DNA of 64,000 bases from Octopus vulgaris (lineage: Eukaryota): positions 2,914,001 through 2,978,000 of the forward strand of contig OX597834.1 in NCBI GenBank assembly GCA_951406725.2. The letters are read 5' to 3'. A model generated the notes under the pieces. The model ran no database searches and was not told the DNA's origin. It worked only from the letters and a program-made list of their open reading frames with translations. Of this stretch, positions 46,057 to 61,723 are shown piece after piece (position 1 is the first letter of the stretch; the number at the start of each line of letters is the position of its first letter). The position numbers and the translations under genes are program-made.

Positions 46057-46907
46057 GACATGACATAAAGAATTCTGTCTTGGCGTAGTTCAAACCCACA
46101 ACGCCTGACTTTTAGTGACATATACAGTCAAAGAATCTCCACCTATTCCTGTCGCATTATACATTTGACTGAATCTATTTTTCATTGAATCTTCAAGGTT
46201 TCGCTATTCTAATGGCCCTCAACCATTGTTTCCCTTCAATTCCGGTCTTGTTTTCAAACCTTTCTATTTTGATATCGTCATGTACAACTTTCCAAACGTT
46301 CATTCAATGAAAAACAAAAAAAAATAATTTTTTTTACCGTTTGTTAATTCTAATTTGACTTTCAAAAACCGTTTGAAAAAAGGTGATTCATGATATAAAA
46401 GAATTTTTTTTTCTTCGTGATGAATGGATTCAGTAAGAGGAAAGAGCCTATCACTTCATGTTTCATGGATTTCATTCGAAAGAAAAGGATTTGATCAATA
46501 ACAAAATTGCAACTTGGAGCCGTTTTTATTTGAAATCAACATGAAAGTATATTTTATTAGCGAAACATAAAATTAAAGGAGTTCCTAGTAACGTTAATTA
46601 TTCTGCCTGCTTGCTATTCGCTTTCTAAATACCTGGAATATATTTCTCTAGCCAACATCCAGTTTGGTTTTCTCTGTATATTTCTCCTTTCATTGTTCAA
46701 ATTCTTCGTTTGAATTTTGCTCATTGTAAGAACTGAAGGTGTTTCAGCGTGATCTGAACTTGCGCCGCAGGTCAGCAGAGCAAAGTAGTACAGGAACACT
46801 TCCGGGGTTACCCTGATTCCAAATGTGTGCCATTAAGTAAGGGAAGAACTCCTGGGGGTTGACTTTATACACAACGAGCCATGCGGATGCAAGCACAGAA
46901 ATTCGCA
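46057..46907 (-). repeat. Right arm of long-range inverted repeat (near-identical core 46228-46824)
   Basis: Reverse complement of 16882-17770. The same 61-aa ORF appears in both arms in the ORF track. Confidence 0.92.
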
Positions 46908-47058
46908 ATTATCCGAATTCACGGTAATAACAATTTTCTATTTAATTTTGCGTGTTATTGTTGTCTTTTTAATGTTTGCTCAGAAGACATTCCAAGTGTG
47001 TAGTGTGAACTCTGCCAATTGATTATCAATGCTCGTAAACTGATGTATGTGCATGCGA

Positions 47059-47169
<111 letters not shown>

Positions 47170-47288
47170 TACACATTTATACTTATATATGAACGAATAC
47201 ATACATATATATTTATATTTATAGTTATTTATATATACATATATGTATGTATATATATATATGCATACATACATATATATATACATAC

Positions 47289-47320
<32 letters not shown>

Positions 47321-47361
47321 CTACATATATATGTATCTATACGTATATATGTATATATGTG

Positions 47362-47409
<48 letters not shown>

Positions 47410-47553
47410 CATATGTATCTATGTGTATATATAAGCGTTTACATTTTTATGTATATATACACGAATACACGAATACACACACACTCATATATACACACAT
47501 CCACATACATATATATGTAACTATTCGTATGCATATATATATATATGTCTATG

Positions 47554-47613
<60 letters not shown>

Positions 47614-48166
47614 TATTCATATATACGTATGGCCAGGTATATTTATATATAAATATATATATATATGTGTGTGTGTGTGTGTATATGTATATATATATAC
47701 GTATATAAATGTATACACACATACATACACACACTTGTGTGTGTGAGTGTGGCTGTGTATGTATGTGTATGCGTGTGTTGTGTGTATATGTCTGTGTAAA
47801 CAAGTTAAAAAGAAAGCCGATAACTGTGGCCATCTTCCGTGCGTTCATTCAGACATTAGCGGAATATTCGGCCAGAGATTCTAACAGGGAGGAAATTGTG
47901 CTGGCGATTTCAGGCAGTGGAAACCATCTGCCTTCAATTAATCAAAGACTTGTGATTCCTTTCGGAAAAAGAAAACCTCTACTCACGTGAATTATAGGTT
48001 ATACAATTGGTTGCCATTAAATGGACTCCGTAAACTAGAGTTGTATATCTCGCTATTTAACTATCTACTTCTCTGTCTGTCTGTCTCTCTGTCTAATTAT
48101 TTATCTGTTTGCCTATCTCGCTATCTCTCTATCTAACTTCCTTACCTATCCATCTATCTCACAATG

Positions 48167-48218
<52 letters not shown>

Positions 48219-48423
48219 TATTTCCTCTCGCTCGCAATCTCTCTCTTTCTCTATCTATCTATCTCTGTCTATGTCACTATCTCTCTATCTAACCATCTAT
48301 CACGTTATCTATCTTCCTATCCAGCCGTCTATCACAGTATCTCTATCGTTCCACCTATGTTTCTGTCAGAATCACTATCTATCTTTCAATTGGTGTGTGT
48401 GTATATATATATACACACACACA

Positions 48424-48494
<71 letters not shown>

Positions 48495-48499
48495 CATTG

Positions 48500-49215
48500 T
48501 ATCAGCTAGACTATCGGCTGTTGTGGCTTGTCAAAGGGAATCCACTTTCTCGCTTTCCATGTTGTATTTTTCGAATGATGCCACCCCGCTGGAGGTTCCA
48601 TGATGTTGCTCGCAACAGGAAGGTAAGTGTGTACAGAGCCGCAGTGCTCCCTGCCGACGCCACAGAATGTATGGCCCTTTAAAAGTGGCACCTCGAGACC
48701 CTGACACGAAGTCAACTTCGTCATCTGATCTCTGCTTTGCATATCAGATGATAAGATCACATCCCTGATGTAGAGGTCCTGCGCAGGCACAGTTTGTGTG
48801 GAGGCCCTGCTTACCTCATCGCCGCTGCGCTGGGCGGGACTTGCTTGCAGGATGGAGGGCGGCAATCTCCCAAAGGCAGTTATCAACGCTGAACCGCATC
48901 CGGGTAGAAAAAGCCGCGGTGGCCAATACAGGTTGCAATACAGGGAAGTACAGAAGTGACATGTGAACAACTCCAGCATCTCTCCAGGCACCTGGGAGGG
49001 GAGGGCCTGTGGTGAGTAGCACCGATCGCTAAAGCTCATCATTCCAACCGTTGATAAGAAACAACAGAGAAAAATGTTAAAGAGTAGATGAGAGGCATCA
49101 CTTGTGTCGTGTAGCCTCACCTGCAGCAGATGTCATCACTGCTGCCGATGAAGAGAGGGATGATTACTGAACAAGAGCAATCACCGTCGCCCTACAACGG
49201 ACGGCCGACGAGAGA
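48500..49215 (+). mobile_element. RTE-clade LINE 3' remnant
   Basis: KVSVYRAAVLP, LRWAG and GNLPKAVI...GRKSRGGQ remnants. Confidence 0.7.
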
Positions 49216-49295
49216 GACACATATTTATACATACATGCATACATGTATACATACATACATACATACATACATACACACATTCATACATACATACA

Positions 49296-49331
<36 letters not shown>

Positions 49332-49335
49332 TCTA

Positions 49336-49692
<357 letters not shown>

Positions 49693-49749
49693 ATATATGT
49701 AACGTCCACCCTGAATTTTCTTGTTTGCTCGAACCCTAATTCTACACTA

Positions 49750-50380
49750 AGTTCACCTTCAGATTGACTCACAATTTGTTAAGAGAAGTGTGGGGAAGTG
49801 TTCAAATTGATATCTGTCCCAGAACAACTGTCAGGTACCTCCACAATCATAGCTACTATGGCAGAGCAGCAAGAAGGAAGCCACTTCTTCGACCAGCCAA
49901 TATCAAGCGGAGAAAAGATTGGGTCAGTGAGATTGTGGAGAGGCCACTGGCATTTCGGGACGTTATCTATGATGAGTCCAGATTTGCTGTATTTCCTGAC
50001 AATGGTCGAGTGTGGGTCTGGAGATTCTGTGATCAAGAATTTGACGTGAAAACATTGTTGCCAATAATGAAACACGGCAGCTATTCTGTGATGGTCTGTG
50101 GAGCAATTTGGAGCAATGGTTGATCAGAGCTGGTGGAGTGTGTGAGGGAAACATAAGTTTGTGTCCATATTGCAGAAAGGACTCCTTCCAATCTTCTCCA
50201 GTGAAATTATTAAAGAAAACTCTTTATATATCGAAGGTGAGGTTCCTTGTCACACGACTAAAAAGACCCAAGATTGATTGAAAGAAAATGGCATTAAAAA
50301 GCTTCCATGGCCAAGCCAGTCACCAGATATGAACCCTATTGAACATCTCGGGAGCATAACGGACAGAAACTTTGTAAAAA
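49750..50380 (+). mobile_element. Tc1-like (DD34E) transposase remnant
   Basis: GRAARRKPLL, YDESRF, VWVWR, KHGSYSVMVCGAI and WPSQSPDMNPIEHL motifs, with stops and frameshifts. Confidence 0.88.
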
Positions 50381-50589
50381 TAAAACAAGAAAGTTTTTAA
50401 CTTACGGAGACAATATTTACATACCACCTGAGGAAACACAACAAGATCTCATAATGCAGGGAAACAGTTGCATAATCAAGTACCTGCACGACCGAAGAAC
50501 TACTTTGTGTGGAAACAATAGCAGTGATTAAAAAATAAATGTTCAACCGTACTCCTTCTTGTTGACTCCAATTTTTTCAATTATACATG

Positions 50590-50676
<87 letters not shown>

Positions 50677-51169
50677 TTTATATTTACACATACATACACA
50701 CACATTATAAAACATCTTAACATTAAACTGAAGAATTACTTAATGCTTTTTAGCAGAGTAAAAAGTTGACGGTATCTTCGAAGTTTCTGCTTGCTCGCCG
50801 TCGTCAGACTGTGCTATATTTCGATTCTTTAAGGATATATATATAACCAATAAGAACAAAGTAGAACACAGCTCTCTACATTTTCGATGTAAGAGTTAAA
50901 TAAATATACACCTGTCTATCTCCCTCGCTATCTTTCAATCTCCCTACTAGTATCACTATTGTGAAAAGAATAAGGAATAAGAATAGATATCTACCTACCT
51001 ACTGATCTATCTGTAAATCTATCTACTTATATCCATACATATGTAACCCTATCTGTATAACTATCTCCCAACAATGTGTGTGTGTGTGTGTGGATTATAT
51101 ATATGTATGACTATGTATATATGTATATATAGGCATATGTATATATATATGCATATATATACATATATA

Positions 51170-51229
<60 letters not shown>

Positions 51230-51292
51230 TATATACATATATATATATACATGTTTGTATATATATATACATATATATATATATAACATGTT

Positions 51293-51332
<40 letters not shown>

Positions 51333-51874
51333 CACACACACGCACGCTTAACGCTATCTCTGTAACTCTGTAAGTCTACCCCTCAGCTCCTATCTCTGTC
51401 CCAGTCTCACTCTCGCTCTTCTACACCTCTTCTTCTCCTCTTCCTTGCCTTCTACTTCTCCTCTCCTCCTCCTCCTCCTCCTCCTCCTTCCTCTCCTTCT
51501 TCTTTTCTATGCCAACACACTTAACCAATGGCTTCAACGAAATAAACCTAATCGTGACACATTACCAACTTTAGTGAAAGATAGATTTAATAAGAAGGAA
51601 AATGGCTCGCATTATCTCCACCGCAATCTGTTGAGCGGCCAGAAATGGCGTCTTACTTTCAACTGGAGGCCAAGTTAATGGAGTTTTAGATGAAATTTTG
51701 TGCGGCGTTCAACCGTGGCCAGTTTCCCTAACCTAATGTTTCACTCCAATGAATTCGATACCAGAGAAAATATTGAAATGATTCCTGTAAAATGGTTTTA
51801 CCGATCGTCATTATTATCGAGGATGGTTTTGTTGATATGTGTTGATGTTGTTGTTGTTCTCGGTGGTGCTCACA

Positions 51875-52050
51875 GTGGTGGTGGTGGTGGTGGTGGTGGT
51901 GGTAGTAGTAGTAATAGTAATGGTAGTGGTGGTGGTGGTGGTGGTGGTGGTGTGGAGACACTTGTTAAAAAAGTACCCGCTACGTCTACTTCATCCTTCA
52001 TCGTTACCCATTACTACTACTTCTACTACTACTACTACTACTACTACTAC

Positions 52051-52086
<36 letters not shown>

Positions 52087-52290
52087 CAACAACAACAACA
52101 ACAATAACAACAACAATAATAATAATAATAATAATAATTACAACAACAATAATAATACCACAACCAACAACACAATTACCAATCCCTCATCATCGCCATC
52201 ATAAATCACCGCCACCATCATCATCGCCACCTCCTCCACCATCAACACCAACATCACCACCATCATGACTACGACTACCACCATCACCAC
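51875..52290 (+). repeat. Compound trinucleotide repeats (GGT, TAC, TAA, CAA, CAC)
   Basis: Direct reading. Confidence 0.9.
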
Positions 52291-53083
52291 TTCTTTCTTT
52301 TCTTCTTCCTCTCTATTCTCCATACTCAGATTTTGCCATTATCCTTTATAAGAATACTTGCAAGAAAATAGCACCACCCACCAACACTCGCACCACCCAG
52401 CCCCCACCTAACACCATACAGCACCAAGCAACCACCTAGCGCCACCCCGAACCACCGAACAGCAGCGCACCTCGCCCACCGCCTCCTAACACCTTTCCAT
52501 CTCGGCGTTACCCAGCCGCCAGCTAACACCACCTAGCGCCACCTACCGATGAATACATTCATCAAATATGACTTCAATTTTGCTGATTCCAAATGAGTTG
52601 ATGTGAACTTTGGTAAAAATCATGTTATTGGGAAGTGGCTTTGAGAGACTTCCAATATGTCAACACACATTCGCAGACAGTCGCACAGATACACATACAC
52701 AAGCCAACGCACACACACACACACAGACACATACAGACACACGCTCGCGCACACACACATATACACACCCACTCACACACAGTCATGAATACACGTAATG
52801 CGAATTTAAAACACACAACACGGTGTCACAAACACAGCCATTATATATATATACATTTTTACATATGAATATTACAAATGAATATAAATATAGAGATATG
52901 TGTGTGCATGCGCGCACGCATGCGTGTGTGTGGGGGTGAATGTATGTGTTTGCTCCAGCATGGCAGTGACCCACTGAATGTAAACTGTAAGAAAAAACAA
53001 TAAACAAATATACCTACATAAATATGTAAAGGTACATATATGTGTGAGTGTGTGTGTGCGTGCTGACATATACATATATATAC

Positions 53084-53159
<76 letters not shown>

Positions 53160-53308
53160 GGGGGTAATAAGAAAAATCAACGAAAATGCACATTGTAAAT
53201 AAAAAAAGAAAAGGCTTTTTATGAAAGGTAACGACAGATATATACATTTAGATGAACTGAGGATATATATCTATTTATATATATATATATGTAATTATAT
53301 GTAATATA

Positions 53309-53382
<74 letters not shown>

Positions 53383-53648
53383 TTTGCCATATGTGAGTTA
53401 CAAATATTGTTGTCTGTGGAGACATATTTTTGTAGTAAAATGATGTAGCAGTCTTCTGGGTGCTATTTCTAAAATTTTCGGTATGTGGTCAAGCAACTTG
53501 TTGCAAAGACCCTTATTGTTATAATTATATGAACTTTCACCGAATATGGTCCCTTTCCATACCGAATATACTACTAGGTGAAATTTGTTGATTTTATTAA
53601 ATTAATTATATTTCACCCTTTATCTGTAATGATATATATATATATATT

Positions 53649-53743
<95 letters not shown>

Positions 53744-53869
53744 GTGTTTTGGAAATTCCTTGATACAGTTATAATATTTGGAGAGAAGATTTTTTCTCAA
53801 AGTGTAAAGAACCTTTTTAGAAAGTAGAAAGACACCAGCCTTTGGGATTGACAAGTTCCTAGCTTTAAG

Positions 53870-54045
53870 GGTATCGCGAAAGGCTTGGTTGGAGGCCCAA
53901 TCTTCCGAGTTCTTTTACAGGGCTTAGAAAAACTGAAGGACCGCTGCATTAAGTGGGGGAATCTGAGATGGGGTAAACGTTAAGCAAAATCAACTGATCC
54001 TCCTCTACTTTCTTTTACCCAAACCCAGGAACTTTGCTGCACCAC
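53870..54045 (+). mobile_element. Mariner 3'-end remnant
   Basis: FLQGLEKLKDRCIKW resembles the mariner transposase C-terminus; followed by a TIR-like CCCAGGAACTTT. Confidence 0.5.
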
Positions 54046-54335
54046 CTTACCCTTCAGCACCCCTGTGTGTGGGGTGGGTTACTTAAATATATGTCACACA
54101 AATATTGCATTTACTCACAGCACACACACACACATAAAAACACACGCACAAATGCACGCACGTGCCAACACCTGCAAGCAGGTGCAAACATATTCGAACA
54201 TATGCACAACGTCTCACTCTCAGACATTTCTCTGGTAGTCTGAGTTTGGTTTGACTTTTTCTTTCTCTCCCTCTCTCCCTCTCCCTTTCTCTCTCTCCCT
54301 TTCTCTCTCTCTCCTTCTCTTTCTCCCTTTCTCTG

Positions 54336-54371
<36 letters not shown>

Positions 54372-55523
54372 AAGTGTGAAACACTTATGCAAGACGTGTT
54401 TGTGTGTGTGTGTGTGTGTGTCTGCGCGCGCGTGTGTGTGTGGTGTATATATGTATGTGTGTGTTTATGTGTAAAGTCAAATATCACTTACCACTGGCCC
54501 CGTGTGACAAGCACTATCCAGTATCATCAGATGGAGTATGATGCACACTATCCAGTGATCAGTGAATAAACGAATTCCCTTCCCACACCTGGTTCATCAA
54601 GTTTGAGGAGAGTGTTATGCGAGGTTAAAGACATTAGTGATGTCAATGAAAGAAGTTTCTAGAATTTTTGACTGAGTGTACCTAAAATGTGTGATGAGTC
54701 TGTGTAAGGTTCCTTCGCTTGAGATTTTGTTATAATTTACAATTGTTTATTGTTGAAACCAGCTCTCAGGTTCAGCGTTATCACAAGTCAGTATAGTTTC
54801 TGGTAATCTAAGTGATTCATTCATGCCTTTAGCAGGTTTATAACTTCATCTATCCCTGAGACTATTTCAGGCTTTTGATTTCCCTTAATGCATTGGAACT
54901 ATCTGAGATAAGGAAGGAATAAAAACGTGCTTAGATGGTAGGAATGTATTTTTGTTGTGCCTTCTTCTAGTGTGGTATGGCATTTATTATGGCGAAGAGT
55001 GATACGGTGCGAAATGATGAGTGATGGAGTATGATGCACAATATGGAGTGGTTTATAGGGAGTGGTAATGCAGTGTGCTGTATAATCTATGTGCACTTCT
55101 TCGAGCAATGGGTGAGAGAAAGTTCAGTCTCCTTATCTTGTTTCATTTGAAGGTTCTTGAACCAGAGTAATTATCTAGAATATCGTGACTCTCGGCTTAC
55201 GAGGAGCGTACATTTGCAGTCTTTGTTCCTCCGAAAAACTGTTCATATTACTATTTCGCTCAACAAGAAAAGTGAATTTTAACATCTCTGCTACCAACGG
55301 CAGTAACTAATGACTTAAAATGTTAAATAATTTTAATCTATTATTTGTTAATACAATTCGTAATTTAGTTTCAAAGTTTAACTCCATTGAAAGTTCTACG
55401 AAAATACATACACACACACATGCACACATATATACATACACACATACATACATCATTGTGTTTCAAGGAGCTGATGTTTTCATTGTCTGTCCACAGAGAA
55501 ATACATAAGAAAATATGTTTACA

Positions 55524-55557
<34 letters not shown>

Positions 55558-56355
55558 TATTTCTCTCTCTCTCTCTCTCCCTACTCACACACCAACAGTT
55601 AAATTTTATTCTCTTTCCGTACAAATACCTATTTATCCTTTATCTCACCTATTCAACTCTCAGTGCAATAATTAATGGCTGTTAGTTGCGTCAACACAAG
55701 TATTATGCCAATCAGGATTTCCTTTCCCTTAAGACTACAATGTCTGGAGCGCTTTTATAGCTGCCAGCTAAATATTTAGTCCTGGCCCTAAGGAGATGCA
55801 TATGCTCTCTCAGGATGGTTCTAGAATCGAAACAAGGGTCAGATTATTCACTCTTTTTTATTTAAGCACCCGTAGTTGTGCAGGGGTGCATAGATTCGAT
55901 CAGAGTAGAACATAATTAGTCTCTCCTGTGGTATTGAGTACTTGTTTTCCGACAGTCAGTGCTGAAATAACGATGCCACTCCTACGCCATTATATAAACT
56001 TTTGAAATTTTGTCTGAGAAAATGGCCAGGGTTAACATTAATATATTGTAATACAGATAATTGGTTTACGTTGCTATTCATATTTATATTTTAGAAATTA
56101 TACGTTGCATGCAGTGTGGAAACGAACGTAGCTAAAGAATTAAATGTAATATCACAAATTCCGGTATCCATCTTTGTGTGGGGGGGGTATAAAGGGAGAG
56201 GGGAATGAGAAAAGGGGTTCGGGGTAAGAGACAGATAATTAAGATAGCTGTGGGGTCGATAATGATAGATATTACAGCATATTAATGGTAACAGTAGATG
56301 TCTAAACAATAATAAACATAAGTGCGTGTGTGTGTGTGTGTACATGTATATGTAT

Positions 56356-56396
<41 letters not shown>

Positions 56397-56437
56397 ATAT
56401 ATATTCATATATATATAAACACACACATATATATATG

Positions 56438-56472
<35 letters not shown>

Positions 56473-56495
56473 TTATATATATATGTATATATATA

Positions 56496-56552
<57 letters not shown>

Positions 56553-56836
56553 GTATTTATCTATTTATGTATGCATGTGTGCACGTATTATGTACGTATG
56601 CGTACATATATACACACATGCAAATATATGTACGTATGTGCATGTATATATGAATGCATGGATATATACCTACATGTATGTATATATATGCGTGCGTTTT
56701 TGTGTGTGTGCGCGCACATATGTATTTATACACATGCATGTATGTATGCAGGTATATATTATTACATTACACTGGAATATTTAATTAATTTCCATTCGTA
56801 TATATAGACTATCGTTCACTCAAGTGCTGACGGTGC

Positions 56837-56870
<34 letters not shown>

Positions 56871-57077
56871 CTTCTTCTTCTTCTTCTTCTTCTTCTTCTT
56901 CTTCTTCTTCTTCTTCTTCAATCTTAGATAATCCCGAAGAATTGTAGAATTTCTTACCGTGCTTCAAAGAATTATTATGGGATGTTGCTACTGTTTATGG
57001 CCTTTGCACGCTCATTGCTCTGTTGGTTGTGTATGTACATATGTGTGTGTGTGCGTGCGTGTGTCAACACATACATT

Positions 57078-57130
<53 letters not shown>

Positions 57131-57687
57131 GCATACATACACACACACATACATACATAAATACATACATACAAACAGATCTTTTTTCTAGTGGGAGTAG
57201 ACAGAATTAAGAGTGTGGTGGAAGGATTTCTCACTGGTTTTATGAACGGCATTAGATGTTATCAGTCTGAAGATAAAATATAACACACCTTTAATCCTAT
57301 TTTATTCTCGTTCCTCAATTCTAAATACCAAACATGGATTTCGGGATTAAGTTTATGCAACTGAATTTGTTGTTGCAGCTGCTGGTGTTTTTTTTTTTGT
57401 TTTTTTTTGTTTTTAGCGACGGTTTATTTTAACAGTTGTTTGTTTACAGAATCGGTGGAGAATCGCAAGAATTGCTTTGCAAGCGTTTATGCATGTCTCT
57501 GCCGTGTTATTTCGAGTTCAAACCTCGCCGGAGTGAATTGTTATTTATTTGTTTTAATTCTTCCGAGAGATTTACTGAGGTTAATTTTTTACCTGTATTC
57601 TATATCACAGGTGGTAGACAGGACGTATTCCTCTGGCATCCATGCATCATATAAGATGCAGATTCCCAGTTCTTTCAGCCATTAGAG

Positions 57688-58197
57688 CAGTGGTTTTCAA
57701 CCAGGACCTATATGATCTTAGGGGTTCCGTCTAAGATTTGCTTCTTAAAATTGATCTGCAATAAATTACGTTTATGAATTTGTGTTGTAAGATTCCTGGT
57801 ATGCTGAAACAGCAATTCCATTGAATGGAATAAGCAGAGCAAGAACACACACGAAGAGGGAAGGTGTCGTTGAGGAGGTCACAGATGTGTTACGAAAGAT
57901 TTCTGGACAATGGACATGTATTAGAATAAGAACAGTAATAAACGAGTGAAGAACGAATATACAGTGCGTGTGTTTATTTGGCAAAGAAAAAAAATGATCG
58001 TCCCGAAATACTGCAATAAATTAGTAATACTTCGATTGTACACAAAATATTTCAACAAATTTTTATGCAATTCCTGATAATATTTAATCATAAAAATATA
58101 ATGGGAGGTTTTAGACATCAAATGGCTATGATTCCTTTTTCCCAAAATAGGAATCAATGGTGTCCAAAGGGAAAAAATAAGCGGTTGAGAAACACTG
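57688..58197. mobile_element. Non-autonomous hAT (Charlie-like) element
   Basis: TIRs CAGTGGTTTTCAACC / GGTTGAGAAACACTG with a perfect 8-bp TSD CATTAGAG (57680-57687 and 58198-58205). Confidence 0.9.
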
Positions 58198-58734
58198 CAT
58201 TAGAGGAATTTGGAATTTGTAAAAAAAAAGCCTTATGTTTCTCAGAACGTATGAAATGAGGGCTGACTAAAACAAGACTGGAAACAAGAATGGACGTTCA
58301 GGACAAAAAAAAAAAACCGAAAATGTTTTGGACAGGCAAAGTCTTAGATAAGAAACAATTGTCTCCATCGTTTGTGAGGCTGTGATGTAACAGTGGTTTA
58401 ATGGTGGCGTTGACCATTTACCTGTCATACATTATCCACAGGGCATATTTCCCAGGCATCGCGTAAGATACACATACCCTAGATGACCCTCAAAAGGGAA
58501 TCAAACACTCCACATCTCTCTCTCTCTTCTCTTAGTAAGCTGTAAAATATTAAAAAAAAACAAATAATAAATTGTCATAAGAATTTAGAAACTTCGAGAG
58601 AACGTTGACTTTTCTTATCCAAAGCGTTTTACCCGAATATTTACATGCTATTATATACATAGCATTATCTGCTTCGCGTTTCACCGTTCCAAAAACAAAG
58701 ATTTATAAATGCGATGTTCTGTTACGTCTTTCTT

Positions 58735-59132
58735 TTATTCTTCTTTTTTATTCTTTTACTTGTTCAGTCATTTGACTGCGACCACGCTGGAGCACCGCCT
58801 TTAGTCGAACAAATTGATCCCAGGACTTATTTTTTGTAAGCCTAGTACTTATTCTATCGGTCTCTTTTGCCGAACCGCTAAGTTACGAGGACATAAACAC
58901 ACCAGCATTGGTTGTCAAGCGATGGTGAGGGGACAAACACAGACTCAAACATATACATACATATATACATATATACGACAGGCTTCTTTCAGTTTCCATT
59001 TACCAAATCCACTCACAAAGCTTTGGTTGGCCCGAGGCTATAGTAGACAACGTTTGTCCAAGGTGCCACATAGTGGGACTGAACCTGCAACCAAGTGGTT
59101 GGTAAGCATGCTACTTACCAGGCTGCCACTCT
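58735..59132 (-). mobile_element. tRNA-derived SINE family B (bipartite, internal microsatellite), full-length
   Basis: Head GGTTCAGTCCCACT..GTGGCACCTTGG, an internal TA/CA repeat and tail GGCGGTGCTCCAGC; collinear with 45070-45460. Confidence 0.85.
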
Positions 59133-59844
59133 TGACATTCCGAGTTCAAATTTCGCCCGAGCAGAATTACTAACATATTGTCCTCCTGGGTCGGTAAAAT
59201 AAAATACCAGTGTTGTTTTGCGGTCATTATATTCAACTCTCACCTACCATCCCTTCCCCACCCTCGCTTGGGTTTGACATGTTTATTTTGATCAGAGACA
59301 GTGAAGCCTTTTAAATCTGATCTAATCTAGGCGGGATCAGGGGGTCAAGAAACCACGTGACTAGTGAGTGAGATCAAGGTCATCTACTTTAATCTTTAAC
59401 CAATGAAGGATTAATCTCGAACATTCCATGTTTGTCTGATGCTGATGCTGTTATTGTCCTTGTGGATGTTGTAGTTCTTCTTCTTGGCGGTGGTGGTGGT
59501 GTGGTGATGGCGGTGGTGGAAGTGATGGTTGTGGTGGTGTGGTGGTGGTGGCGGTATGGTGGTGGTGATGGTACTAGATTTGGCGGTGATGATTTGGCGG
59601 TGGAGGTGATGTTGCGGTGATAGTTGTGATGGTAGTGGCGGTGGCGGAGGTGGTGGTGGTGGAGGATGAGGTGGTAGTAGTCGTGGTAACGATTATGATG
59701 ATGACGATGATAGGCTGTGATGGTGTTGATAGGGAGGGGGTTAATCGCGGAGGTAATGGTGACAGCAATTGTGGTGGTAGCAGTAAAACGCCTGTGGTGC
59801 TGTTATTTGTTGATCGTGGTGGTCATTATTATAGTTTCAACGAG

Positions 59845-60433
59845 TAGAGAGCTATTTTTTACGGAGACATATCCGGGTGTTGGTGGTTTATCTGGGATTT
59901 CTAGAAGGAATTTGTCCAAAGACTTCTTGAACTTTGAGGAGACTGTTTCTGCTTTAATGTGTTTTGGTGTAATGTCGAAGAGAGCAAGGGACAATTGAGG
60001 TGAAATAGTTGTGCCGTATTGTTGTTATGTGATGCGAGTATTATTTATATTATGGGCAGATAGCACGGGGTCCTAGTCTTGGGTGTGTCTTAAAGGTGAT
60101 GCCAACATCATTTGGGCAATGCAGATGGAATATTTTCCACATCATGCAGATGATGCAGGGCTCACAACGACCTCGGAGAGAATAAAGCTTGAACTTTTCT
60201 AGTCGACCCCAATAGCCATCATGCCAGCCATGTTTTTTGTAATTGACCTTTGAGGTGCTTCAACTTTCATGACACTTTGTTTCGCGTGGGGAAACCACAG
60301 TGGACAACAGTATTCAAGGTGGGGTCGGGCAAAAGTGGAGAAGAGAAGGATAATGGTGTGGCTATATCTCAACTGAAAAGTTCCGAGAATCCAGGTGCAC
60401 ATTCTGCTGACCATGTTAACGTTACTATTTATA
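59845..60433 (-). mobile_element. CR1/L2-group LINE, 3' part (split by the mariner)
   Basis: ARPHLEYCCPLWFPH...KVEAPQRSITK and FKKSLDKFLLEIPDKP are typical of the CR1-group ORF2 C-terminus. Confidence 0.85.
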
Positions 60434-61723
60434 CGAGGGGCGTTCAATAAGTAATGCCCCTGACCCACTTCCCATAGCAGTAGAGCAACGAAACTTGGCA
60501 CAGTTATTAGTCTTTTTCTACATAGGAACCACCCAGAGTTACGCATTTCTCCCATTGTTTGATGCAGCTCTGGAGACCGTTTTTATAGAAGACCCCAGCT
60601 TGGTCCTCCAACCTGAACGCGACTTCAGAAATCAAGGCTGCATCATCTGGGAAACGCTTTCTTTTCAAAAACAACTTCATGACTGGGAAGAGGTGAAAAT
60701 CAGAGGGTGCAAGGTTAGGAAAGTAGGGGGATGGGGGATGAGTTCATAGCCATACGCCTGTGCTTCTGATCTGGCGACAAGCGAGTTGTGGACCGGAGCG
60801 TTGTCCTGCAGGAGGAGGATGCCTTTGCTGATCTTGCCCCGCCTCTTGATTTTGATAACTTCTCTTAATTTCCTCAAAAGTGAAGCATAATAGGCTCCTG
60901 CAATTGTGGTACCCTTTGCCAGGAAATCTGTCATCACTACTCCGTCCTGGTCCCAGAAGACTGTGAGCATGACCTTGCCACCGAAGGGCTGCACCCTTGC
61001 CTTCTTTGGAGGGGGTGAGTCACGGTGCTTCCACTGCATTGACTAGGCTTTGGTCTCTGGATCATCGTGATGGACCCAGGTTTCATCCTGTGTAATCAGT
61101 CTTTTGAAAAAATTTGATTCATCTTCTTGGCACATCTCCAAATTCACCCTCGAGCACTCGACGCGTTCTTGCTTCTGGAAAGGCGTGAACAACCTGGGAA
61201 TCCATCTGGCAGATACTTTTTGCATATGCAAATGGTCATGAATGATAGTTTCCACAGACCCGGTACTAATCTTGACCTCATGGGCTATTTGGCGAATAGT
61301 TATGCGTCGTTCTTCCAAAATGGCAGCCTCAACTTGACGGACAGATGCCTCATCAATGGCAGACGGGGCGACCAGATCTGGGAGCTGTTTCCACAGAGTT
61401 CCGACCATGTTTGAATTCACGATGCCAGCGTTTTACAAGGTCATATGATGGGGCATCATCACCATAAGTTACTTTCATTTCATCAAAAGTCTCCCGTGGT
61501 GTACGTCCTTTCAAATACAAAAACCGGATCACTGCTCGACACTCAATAGGCTCCATTTAACACTTGACTCGGTTCAAACACCTGTAAATCAGAAACCACA
61601 ATTAATTCAGTGCTGTAATTTGCCATTTACTCTATAGAGATATAAATGATTGCACATGCAAAATTTCAGCTAGATCAAACAATTGCAAGTGGGTCAGATG
61701 CATTACTTATTGAACGTCCCTCG
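60434..61723 (-). mobile_element. Full-length (1290 bp) mariner DNA transposon
   Basis: Imperfect TIRs CGAGGGGCGTTCAATAAGTAATGC / GCATTACTTATTGAACGTCCCTCG, with TA duplications at 60432-60433 and 61724-61725. Confidence 0.95.
60507..61556 (-). pseudogene. Mariner (DD34D-type) transposase pseudogene
   Basis: MEPIECRAVIRFL..., PRSGRP, WIPRL, ITQDETW, KVMLTVFWD, LQDNAPVH and LAPSDFHLF motifs, broken by two frameshifts (~61360, ~60725) and a stop at 61043-61045. Confidence 0.92.

Noticed and set aside
54560-55250. Possible degenerate RT remnant (likewise TE-like traces at 42300-42740 and 19080-19500)
   Set aside because: Too decayed to assign by eye.
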